A stretch of DNA of 64,000 nt from the NCBI GenBank assembly GCA_050115675.1, contig JASFQB010000003.1, forward strand, positions 98,673 to 162,672, read 5' to 3'. Each line of letters starts with the position of its first letter. Within the stretch, counting starts at the first letter, position 1. This document shows positions 55,261-62,785 of the stretch, in pieces. The notes beneath the pieces are model-generated. The model had not been told where the DNA came from and did no database searches. It saw only the letters and a program-made list of their open reading frames with translations. The stretch is from Candidatus Woesebacteria bacterium (GTDB lineage Bacteria > Patescibacteriota > Saccharimonadia > Saccharimonadales > EFPC-124). The position numbers were made by a program, and so were the translations under genes.

Positions 55261-55304
55261 TGTATACGTTTACGTACACGTATACGTAGATGTAAACGTA
55301 TACA
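55261..55304. repeat. nested palindrome rich in ACGT/GTATAC
   Basis: 13-bp arms TGTATACGTTTAC (55261-55273) / GTAAACGTATACA (55292-55304) flank an 18-nt spacer containing the perfect palindrome ACGTATACGT. Confidence 0.7.
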
Positions 55305-55307
55305 ACG

Positions 55308-55430
55308 TCACTCGAAAAACTGCCCCACTGTAACACCCAAATTGCCTGCCAATCGGTGCAGAGTGCTTGGCCTTGGCCACCGCTTCCCAGTCTCAATAAA
55401 CGTAATAGAAGCATGACTAATGCCAAGAGA
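55308..55430 (-). pseudogene. 5'-truncated remnant of an ETGKRWPR-type XRE gene
   Basis: Only the C-terminal LGISHASITFIETGKRWPRPSTLHRLAGNLGVTVGQFFE is homologous to the intact copies. The upstream part of the ORF is unrelated and lies antisense to the start of 55420-56004. Confidence 0.55.
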
Positions 55431-56004
55431 ATTGGCAGAGCAGCTTGTGGGCGACGTAGGCGAAACTAAGATAGCAATAATTGCAACAAATCCTTTGGCA
55501 CTGTTATCGAGCATCCGAAAGTTCTACAAACAGCAGATCACGCGGTTTAAGCGCGAGCTGTCATCGACAATGGATTACGACAAGCGTACTAGATTGAATA
55601 ATATAATTACTACGCTGCAAAAACAGCGTTTTACAGCCCGTCCGCAGGGCTTGTTTGAGGGGTATAATGTGTGTTTTATGTTGCCAGAGGTCGCGCTGAA
55701 AGAGCCGCCAATATGCAATAAACTGTATGTTACTTGCCAGATGACAACCACGGAATTATACATGGTTACAAGCTGGATGTCTTGGGGTATGGAGGCGGTG
55801 ATTTATGAGGGTAGGAATCGTTGTGAGCGAAAAAGGCAGTGTTTTGTAGCTGGATTGGAAGCTAAGAGGCAGAGCTCACGAATGTCGATTCAGGCATTTA
55901 GCAACAAAGAACACTTGACGGCACTGTTGACATTTAATATAATTTATTTTGTCGATAGGTATAGACAACCTTTTGGAGAGAGTCATGCAAACGGCAGTCA
56001 ATAG
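55420..56004 (+). CDS. member 3 of recurrent XRE-associated family (N-terminally shortened, C-terminal run-on)
   Basis: TKIAIIATNPLALLSSIRK...YNVCFMLPE...LYVTCQMTTTELY...AVIYE. Family similarity ends at about nt 55819. The remaining ~60 codons run over the radical SAM promoter and start. Confidence 0.45.
   Translation: MPRELAEQLVGDVGETKIAIIATNPLALLSSIRKFYKQQITRFKRELSSTMDYDKRTRLNNIITTLQKQRFTARPQGLFEGYNVCFMLPEVALKEPPICNKLYVTCQMTTTELYMVTSWMSWGMEAVIYEGRNRCERKRQCFVAGLEAKRQSSRMSIQAFSNKEHLTALLTFNIIYFVDRYRQPFGESHANGSQ
55915..55943 (+). promoter_or_regulatory. promoter of the radical SAM gene
   Basis: TTGACG, 17 nt, TATAAT. Confidence 0.55.
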
Positions 56005-56887
56005 CGCTCTGCGCGTTCGTGTTACGCCGATGTGTAACATGTCGTGTGTGTTTTGCCATGAAGAAGGCGGAGATCGATCTGCTTTGCTGAGCACTAGCCA
56101 AACTACTGAGTTGGCTGAGTTTGCCAGAGAACACAGTTTTACTAAGTTTCATTTGACTGGAGGCGAACCAACGCTTCATCCTGAGCTGTCCAGCTTGGTG
56201 CGAGTGATATCGGATGCAGGGTTTCCTTGTAACCTGACTACAAACGGTCAATTCCGCTCGACGCTTCTTTGGAGACTAAGGGATGCTTGTGTCGGTAGCA
56301 TGAATTTTTCGATTCATACTGTCGATCCTGCTGCTTGGTCAAAATTGCAGCATCGTGGTAGCCTTCGAGTCGCCGAAATGCAGATTGCCAGGGCATCGAC
56401 GAATATTCAGGAAGCGGTTTTACTTGGCATCAAAACAAAAGTCAACATTGTAGTAGGCGATAACCCCACTCTTGCCGTAGGGGTTGTAGAGCACTTCCGC
56501 AACTCAGGTGTCGATTTTCGGTTGCTGAACGTGCTGGGTTCTGAGCAGTCACTAGCTAGCATCGATCAAGTCTTGAAGCACTATTCAGCCAAGGTTGTTG
56601 CAGAGACGCAGATTCTTGGTTCGAGCCAATTTCGAACAAGCTATAGCAGCTCTGTCGGCGATTTGGTAGTAAAACAGATTCGTGACTACCGCGAGCCTAG
56701 TGTGTGCGCTGGTTGCAAAACAAAGTGTGACGAAGGCTTTTATGGCGTGCGCATTGTGCCTATGCAGGGCAGGCTGTACGCACGGCTTTGTCTGCATCAT
56801 ACTTCCGAATCGACCCTCCTCCCATTGGCAGTATTTCGTAGAAGCCCTCAACTTGCTGCAATCAAAAAGCAAAGTGGGCTTATCTAA
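55985..56887 (+). CDS. MoaA-like radical SAM enzyme with C-terminal auxiliary-cluster (twitch-like) Cys motif
   Basis: ATG 55985 with GGAGAG RBS. LRVRVTPMCNMSCVFCHEEGG (CX3CX2C), FHLTGGEPTL, NLTTNGQF, SMNFSIHTVDP. C-terminal CAGCKTKC...GRLYARLCL parallels the MoaA C-x2-C...C GTP-binding cluster region. Confidence 0.8.
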   Translation: MQTAVNSALRVRVTPMCNMSCVFCHEEGGDRSALLSTSQTTELAEFAREHSFTKFHLTGGEPTLHPELSSLVRVISDAGFPCNLTTNGQFRSTLLWRLRDACVGSMNFSIHTVDPAAWSKLQHRGSLRVAEMQIARASTNIQEAVLLGIKTKVNIVVGDNPTLAVGVVEHFRNSGVDFRLLNVLGSEQSLASIDQVLKHYSAKVVAETQILGSSQFRTSYSSSVGDLVVKQIRDYREPSVCAGCKTKCDEGFYGVRIVPMQGRLYARLCLHHTSESTLLPLAVFRRSPQLAAIKKQSGLI

Positions 56888-56900
56888 CGATGAGCCGTCG

Positions 56901-56936
56901 TGGTAGCCCAGTCGCATTTGGTTGGCTGGGCTACCA
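56901..56936 (+). other. 11-bp-stem hairpin between the radical SAM and CYTH genes
   Basis: TGGTAGCCCAG / CTGGGCTACCA with a 14-nt loop and no T-run. TATAAT at 56955-56960 follows. Confidence 0.5.
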
Positions 56937-56970
56937 AGCTGAATAAAATCATAGTATAATATAACTAATT

Positions 56971-57462
56971 ATGAACACCGAACTAGAGAAGAAATTTAAA
57001 ATCGCAAGCCCTGATAAAGCAAAGCAAGAGTTAACCGAACTAGGAGCCCAGTTTGTTGGCGAAACCCACGACGTAGATATTTATTTTAAAGTCCCACAAG
57101 AAAAACCCAATACACTCTATTTGCGTATACGAACGCGTGGCAACAAAAGTACCCTGGCGTTTCATGAGGTTGTTGACGATTTAGAGACTAAAGAGTGGGA
57201 AACCGAAGTAGCCAGCGGCCAAACCACTCAAGATATTATTACCAAACTCGGATTTGAAGTTGATGTTACTGTTGATAAAACAAGACAAAAATACAGTTTT
57301 GATAACTCAGAAATATTGCTTGATAACATTGCAGGCCTAGGCTATTTTATTGAAATCGAATCGCCAAATGAACAAGAGTTGGATAATATTGCAGCCAAGT
57401 TTACTCTTGGTGAGAGAATAACCGGTAAAGGCTACCCAGATTTGTTAAAAGAAAAGGCCTAA
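56971..57462 (+). CDS. CYTH-domain protein (CyaB-like class IV adenylyl cyclase / triphosphate tunnel metalloenzyme)
   Basis: 163 aa. N-terminal ELEKKF (EXEXK signature), later YLRIR, KTRQKY, YFIEIE strands typical of CYTH. Confidence 0.8.
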   Translation: MNTELEKKFKIASPDKAKQELTELGAQFVGETHDVDIYFKVPQEKPNTLYLRIRTRGNKSTLAFHEVVDDLETKEWETEVASGQTTQDIITKLGFEVDVTVDKTRQKYSFDNSEILLDNIAGLGYFIEIESPNEQELDNIAAKFTLGERITGKGYPDLLKEKA

Positions 57463-57493
57463 GTTAGGCCAATAATAGTATATATTTTGTTTT

Positions 57494-57546
57494 CGAGTGC
57501 CCACCCGCACAGCAGACTCATGGCTGGAATGCTGGTGGGCACTTCG
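57494..57546. terminator. convergent-gene hairpin (CYTH / GreA-like)
   Basis: GTGCCCACC / GGTGGGCAC core stem with extension. T-rich on both sides. Confidence 0.5.
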
Positions 57547-57560
57547 CTTTCGGAATGAGC

Positions 57561-58073
57561 CTAGCGCGGCAACGTGATCTCGAGCACCTTTAGCTGCATG
57601 ACGCGAGTGATGACGCCCTTATCATCGCGAAATTCAGCGGTTGCTATATCTCCAACTCGGCAGTTAAGCAACGCACATCCGAGGGGTGAGCCAGCCGTGG
57701 CGACATCAATGCCTGAAGCAGTATTGCGCCGTCGATCACCTATCTGCATATAGCTGCCAATTTGAATTGTATCAACAAAGTTTGTTGATGCGTTGCTATA
57801 TGTGACAATGTTTCCGATTTGCACAATCTCAGTTTGGCTTGTCGACCGCACAACTACGGCCTCCTGAAATATTGCACGGATACGCGTTAGCTGATTCTGC
57901 CACATTTTGGCGAGCTGATGAACTTCGTCAAACATGGGATTGTCATGCCAGGTCTCGCTGGACTGCTCGGTTGAAGCACCAATATTTGCGAGTGCCTCAG
58001 ACCTCCTGCCCTCAAGCTCGGCAACAACCAGCTGAAGTCGGTCATAGTCTTCTTGCAAGAATGGGTAGTGCAC
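57561..58073 (-). CDS. GreA/GreB-family (Rnk-like) protein
   Basis: N-terminal coiled coil with ETWHDNPMFDEV (compare GreA DLSENAEYHAAK). C-terminal GSPLGCALLNCRVGDIA matches the GreA C-domain SPxGxALxGxxVGD. Confidence 0.6.
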   Translation of the reverse strand: MHYPFLQEDYDRLQLVVAELEGRRSEALANIGASTEQSSETWHDNPMFDEVHQLAKMWQNQLTRIRAIFQEAVVVRSTSQTEIVQIGNIVTYSNASTNFVDTIQIGSYMQIGDRRRNTASGIDVATAGSPLGCALLNCRVGDIATAEFRDDKGVITRVMQLKVLEITLPR

Positions 58074-58363
58074 GTTTTTACCCCTAGTCTACTCTGAAAG
58101 AGATGGCTAAACTATTTTACCATAAAAGCTGGTGCGTGTATAGTGTCTCAAAAACCACCGTTTTTAAGACAAATAATTCCGTGCTGCGTAAACCTAGCCT
58201 GTAATCTGTAGCAACAAGTGCTGAAACTCATTTCAAAATCTAAGTATAGATATTCGATAATGGGTGGCGTTTTAGATTGCAGAGTAGAAATCGTTGACAG
58301 CTTTTTAAGATGATGATTAAATATCCATGTTAGATACTTTCTGCGCGTCTGTTTGGAGGGGTT

Positions 58364-59146
58364 GTGCAGACTACATTGAGCGGTCAGCATTCTTACGCAG
58401 TTTTTACAATTAACAGGTGTAATGTAACTGCTGGAGCGGATCTTTGCGTGTGTAGAATGAGGAGCGGTGCTAGCGTAAACGTTTTGGCCTTGGGGGAGCC
58501 CCATCTTTGCAGACCAGTTTTTGTACCTGTCGGTGGAGTTAGTCGCAATACTCCATGTCCACGCAGGTCACACGGGTATAGTTGGCCGGTACTGCACAGG
58601 TGGTATTGTCCGCAGTGTGGGATTGATCTTATGACCAGGCTAAAGAAGTCGCTTGGGTCAAGAAAATATTTGCATCCAGACGCTGGGCTTGTGCCAGATA
58701 AGCTGATTGCTGCCAGTGTCGTTGAGGGCACGGGCAGGCTGAAGCTAGTCTCTGATGACTCTCCAAGTGCAAATTGTAAAGCTATTGTTGTTTTTAAAAA
58801 TCGCATTTGCAAAAGTGGTACGGGCTCGTATATGGGCGATACTATTGGTTGGTATTGTTCTGAATGTGGCAAAAAAGAATATGCTCCAAGGCCAGATCAA
58901 TGTCCAGATTGCGCTGCCGAAGCAAAACCCTTGATAATGCCATTTCCGGGAAGAATTCTTGCAGAATGCAACATTACATCTCCCTACAGTGGCAGGCATT
59001 TGATCGCTTTGGTTGATGTTGGGCAAGTTTTTCAAACAAGCTTTAATGACGAGCGTGGCGAAAAGATCGTTCAATATTTTATGTGGGACGGACGCGATTT
59101 GTTAAGCGCAAGTCCGTCTGAGCGTGAACGAGATGATTGTTTTTAG
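58364..59146 (+). CDS. Cys-rich protein with two zinc-ribbon motifs
   Basis: GTG start with GGAGG 4-5 nt upstream. WYCPQCG and WYCSECG...CPDC. No other motif. Confidence 0.45.
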   Translation: MQTTLSGQHSYAVFTINRCNVTAGADLCVCRMRSGASVNVLALGEPHLCRPVFVPVGGVSRNTPCPRRSHGYSWPVLHRWYCPQCGIDLMTRLKKSLGSRKYLHPDAGLVPDKLIAASVVEGTGRLKLVSDDSPSANCKAIVVFKNRICKSGTGSYMGDTIGWYCSECGKKEYAPRPDQCPDCAAEAKPLIMPFPGRILAECNITSPYSGRHLIALVDVGQVFQTSFNDERGEKIVQYFMWDGRDLLSASPSERERDDCF

Positions 59147-59190
59147 ATGCATTAGCTACAGGGTTCGCCTTAATTGGCGAACCCAATTTT

Positions 59191-60414
59191 TTATTGAAAA
59201 AATCGCAGTGCGTCTATTGGGTTTTTGCGTGCGGCTTTTATTGCTGGTACAATGCCAAAAATTACGCCAACCAATGTGGCTATCCCAAGCGAGATCGCAA
59301 CAATTTGAACTGTAATTACGGGGGTAATTTCTAGTAGTGTGCCCGCTAAAAAGGCAAGCCCGTAAGCGATTGCAATACCAAAAAGGCCCCCAACTAAGCT
59401 CATAAACAAGGCTTCTATTAGAAATTGGCGCAAAATTTGCATATTTGTAGCCCCAACTGCCTTGCGAATGCCAATTTCGCGCGTGCGTTCTGTAACAGAA
59501 ACTAACATTATATTCATAATGCCAATTCCACCAACAATTAACGATATAGAAGCAACAGCCGTAGTCAGGGCTGTAATAATTTGCAACCAAGTGTCAGTGA
59601 TTTGAATTGTTTGCTCGGGACGCAAAACGGCAAAATCCTCTTGATTGCCGTGGTTTTTTAATACTTGCTGGTTAAGCTGCTGAGCTACATCTTTTATGTT
59701 GTTGTCTGTGCGCACGTTAATTAGCTGAATTTGAGCAATCCCTTGATTAAATGCCTTTCCGGCGTCAAGCGGTATGAAGGCCGTTCGGTTGTAATCAAAC
59801 AGATTACTAAAGCTTGTGCGCACCTCGTATGGTGCAAGAATGCCAATTACTGTAAATGTCTTCCCTCTTAAAAATATTTGCTGGCCTAAGACTTGATCTG
59901 TGCCGAGTAGCTCTATTGCTAAATCGTGACCCAAAATGACTGTCTCGCGGTTGGTGATATCATTAATAAACTCGCCGCTTCGAATTTTAAAGTTTAAAAC
60001 CTTCTCGCAGCTGCTATCTGTAGCGATAATTGATGTATTAGTGATGGGTTTGTGATTGTTGTCGGCTACTGTCCCCGTAATTGCCATTATAGGGGCGGCC
60101 CCGGTAATGTTTGGATTTTTTTTGACCGTATCTAGGTCGTATTCGCTAATGGTAGATGACCCAAGGGCTGCAAAAAGGTTATAGCCTGTAACGTTTCCGT
60201 TGCTGTCTTGCGTAATTTGGCCAGGGCGAATTGTAATTAGGTTTGTACCCATGTAATCAACCTGGTCGCGAATTTTTTGTTTTGCTCCTTCGCCAAGTGA
60301 CATAACAATGGTTACTGAGGCTACTCCAATAATAATTCCCAACATGGTTAGTCCGGTACGTAATTTTGTGGCGCGCAATGATTTTATTGCGATTTTTGCA
60401 TCAGTTAGGGCCAT
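59191..60414 (-). CDS. MacB/FtsX-type ABC transporter permease
   Basis: 407 aa. N-terminal TM, large periplasmic-type domain, C-terminal FtsX block ERTREIGIRKAVGA. Confidence 0.85.
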   Translation of the reverse strand: MALTDAKIAIKSLRATKLRTGLTMLGIIIGVASVTIVMSLGEGAKQKIRDQVDYMGTNLITIRPGQITQDSNGNVTGYNLFAALGSSTISEYDLDTVKKNPNITGAAPIMAITGTVADNNHKPITNTSIIATDSSCEKVLNFKIRSGEFINDITNRETVILGHDLAIELLGTDQVLGQQIFLRGKTFTVIGILAPYEVRTSFSNLFDYNRTAFIPLDAGKAFNQGIAQIQLINVRTDNNIKDVAQQLNQQVLKNHGNQEDFAVLRPEQTIQITDTWLQIITALTTAVASISLIVGGIGIMNIMLVSVTERTREIGIRKAVGATNMQILRQFLIEALFMSLVGGLFGIAIAYGLAFLAGTLLEITPVITVQIVAISLGIATLVGVIFGIVPAIKAARKNPIDALRFFQ

Positions 60415-61229
60415 TATCGTTTACTCCCGCGTTTTTTGGTGGGTTTTTTACTTTTCTCTTTCTTTTTATTGCGTGCAGTAACGGTTTCGGCCACTTTGCG
60501 GTAAGCGCTTAGGGCACGTTTTTTAGCAGGATCAAGCTCTTTTTCTGGCTCTTTAGTGTCGCTGGCGATTTTTCCGTCAATCATTTGGATAATTCGATCT
60601 GCATACAATGCAATTTCGGGGTTGTGTGTAACCATAATAATAGTGTTGCCCTTAAGATGTAGCTCTGTTAATTCTTGCATAATTATATCGCTGGACTTTG
60701 AGTCTAGGCTGCCTGTTGGTTCGTCGGCCAGAATAATTGCCGGGCGATTAACCAATGCACGAGCAATGGCAACGCGCTGCAGTTGACCGCCAGAGAGTTG
60801 ATTTGGCATGTAGTATTCACGCTCTTGTAGCCCAAAAGTGTCAAGCAGCTTGCTAGCGTGTTTTAGACGCTTTGAATGAAACATCCCTTTGTATGTTAAA
60901 GGAAGGGCGACATTATCAATAACATTGGTACGACTTAGCAAATTAAAGTTTTGAAAAATCATGCCAATTTTATCACGCCTAATTTTTGCGCGGCGTCTTT
61001 GGCTAAGTTCTGCCACTTGTTTGGACTCAAGAAAGTATTCGCCATTGGTAGAGGAATCAAGAAGTCCAATTATGTTCATTAAGGTGGTTTTGCCTGAGCC
61101 AGACGGACCCATAATGCAAACAAATTCACCCTTGTCTATTCTTAAAGTGATGCTATCTAGCGCAACCGTGGTTGCGTCGCCAATGCCAAACATTTTGCTT
61201 AGGCTGTAAATTTCTATTACTGGTTCCAT
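60414..61229 (-). CDS. ABC transporter ATP-binding protein (MacB/LolD-type) with Lys-rich tail
   Basis: GPSGSGKTT, LSGGQLQRVAIARAL, ILADEPTGSLD. Confidence 0.9.
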   Translation of the reverse strand: MEPVIEIYSLSKMFGIGDATTVALDSITLRIDKGEFVCIMGPSGSGKTTLMNIIGLLDSSTNGEYFLESKQVAELSQRRRAKIRRDKIGMIFQNFNLLSRTNVIDNVALPLTYKGMFHSKRLKHASKLLDTFGLQEREYYMPNQLSGGQLQRVAIARALVNRPAIILADEPTGSLDSKSSDIIMQELTELHLKGNTIIMVTHNPEIALYADRIIQMIDGKIASDTKEPEKELDPAKKRALSAYRKVAETVTARNKKKEKSKKPTKKRGSKR

Positions 61230-61348
61230 ACTTTATGTAATTTTCTCTACCCTTATTATAGGCGTCGTGCAAGGTTAAATAATAGTTGAATTTTCACAAC
61301 AACTTTGTTGTCTTTTATTGACTTTTTAGTTAGGTAAATATTTAATTT

Positions 61349-61558
61349 ATGAGTTCGTGTCAATTGATTGGAGACAAAATGAAGATTGGTCTGGCGGTCT
61401 ACGCGGTCTTTCTGCTGCTTGGATTCGCTGCTGTCGGTATTGTTCTGCACGTATACGATGAGCCCTGGACTTGGGTTTATGTCGTGTATGTCGCTCTTGC
61501 CTGCTCCATCCCAGCAGCAGCAATTTATGGATTTGTAAGAGAAAGCAATAAAAAATAG
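61349..61558 (+). CDS. possible small 2-TM protein
   Basis: 69-aa ORF with two hydrophobic helices. No strong RBS. Confidence 0.3.
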   Translation: MSSCQLIGDKMKIGLAVYAVFLLLGFAAVGIVLHVYDEPWTWVYVVYVALACSIPAAAIYGFVRESNKK

Positions 61559-61645
61559 CCAATTTGTTGAAGAATCGCATGAACAGGCAGTCTGCGCACA
61601 GCCCTGTGTAGACTGCCAAATATCTTGATATAATGTTTAAGACGT

Positions 61646-61737
61646 GGAGAGGTGGCCGAGTGGTCGAAGGCGCACGCCTGGAAAGTGTGTATGCGGGGCA
61701 ACTCGCATCAAGGGTTCGAATCCCTTCCTCTCCGCCA
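61646..61737 (+). tRNA. tRNA-Ser(GGA)
   Basis: GGAGAGG acceptor, anticodon loop CTGGAAA, long variable arm, GGTTCGAATCC, CCA encoded. Confidence 0.9.
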
Positions 61738-61809
61738 AACGTACTTGACATTATTTTTAGAATTATTATAATGTTTTTTTAGCCTACGCTGCTTTCGATT
61801 GGGGATGTC

Positions 61810-62001
61810 ATGTTCGGTTTTGTGATTAAGCTGTTTTTAAGAACGACCTTAGCAATAGCTGTGTGTTACGCTGTACATAAGGTGCTTTCTGAAAATCATT
61901 GCCTGGGCAGAGATTGGCCTATGTGGCAGCTTGCTGTGCTTATTTTAGCTATCCTGGCTGAGAGCACTTGGGAACTTAGGCAAAAGAGGATTGGGACGTA
62001 G
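61810..62001 (+). CDS. possible small 2-TM protein
   Basis: 63-aa ORF. Confidence 0.3.
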   Translation: MFGFVIKLFLRTTLAIAVCYAVHKVLSENHCLGRDWPMWQLAVLILAILAESTWELRQKRIGT

Positions 62002-62107
62002 TGCTACCTATTAGACGCGTCTATGTTATAATAAATTGGGGTTGGTCGCCTTGCGGCCAACTCCACCAATTTTTGAATTTTACTACTTGATATTTTTGGA
62101 GGTGTGT

Positions 62108-62785
62108 ATGCCCATTAAGGCCGAATCCGTTGTTAAAGTATACGGTAAAAAGCCCAACGCCTTCACAGCATTAAGAGGTGTTACTTTAAGTATTAAAGAT
62201 GGCGAAAGCATTGCTATTATTGGCAAGTCTGGCTCTGGAAAGTCAACGTTAATGCATATTTTGGCAACGTTAGACGTGCCAGACGAAGGCACCGTTGCTT
62301 TTGGTAGTGGCGATCTAGCTAATGCCAAGCAGCAAAAATTAGACAAATTGCGCAATAAAGAATTTGGTTTTATTTTTCAACAGTTCTTTTTGAACGGCCG
62401 CGAAACAGCTCTAGAGAATGTTATGCTGCCTCTTAAAATTTCTGGCACAAAAATGCGATCTCGTAAAAATCTGGCGCTAAAGGCTCTAGAAGAAGTTGAC
62501 TTAGTAGATAAGGCAAAAAATAAAGCAACAGATCTTTCGGGCGGTCAAAAACAGCGCGTATGTATTGCGCGAGCTTTAGTTAACGATCCTTCGATAATTT
62601 TTGCCGATGAGCCAACAGGCAATCTTGACAGCGAAAACGGCAAACGAATTACAGAGCTGCTGTTTAAGCTAAACAAAGATAAAAATATTACGCTAATAGT
62701 TGTAACGCATGATGAAGAACTAGCATCTTTGTGCGATCGCAGATTTAGAATGAAAGACGGTTTACTTACTGAGGAGAAGAAATAA
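62108..62785 (+). CDS. ABC transporter ATP-binding protein
   Basis: ATG 62108 with GGAGG RBS. GKSGSGKST, LSGGQKQRVCIARAL, IFADEPTGNLD. Confidence 0.9.
   Translation: MPIKAESVVKVYGKKPNAFTALRGVTLSIKDGESIAIIGKSGSGKSTLMHILATLDVPDEGTVAFGSGDLANAKQQKLDKLRNKEFGFIFQQFFLNGRETALENVMLPLKISGTKMRSRKNLALKALEEVDLVDKAKNKATDLSGGQKQRVCIARALVNDPSIIFADEPTGNLDSENGKRITELLFKLNKDKNITLIVVTHDEELASLCDRRFRMKDGLLTEEKK

Noticed and set aside
55226-55426. 66-aa minus ORF containing VVYVYIYVYVYVNVYI
   Set aside because: This is a translation artefact of the ACGT/GTATAC palindrome.
48595-55430. CRISPR array or prophage interpretation of the repeated region
   Set aside because: The repeats are 310 bp and 48 bp, occur in only two copies each, and are protein-coding or junctional. 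There are no short regular repeat-spacer units, no cas genes, and no capsid, terminase or integrase genes anywhere in the window.
58148-58504. 118-aa minus-strand ORF upstream of or overlapping the zinc-ribbon gene
   Set aside because: It covers an AT-rich promoter region and the 5' end of a gene with a good GGAGG-GTG start. There is no RBS.
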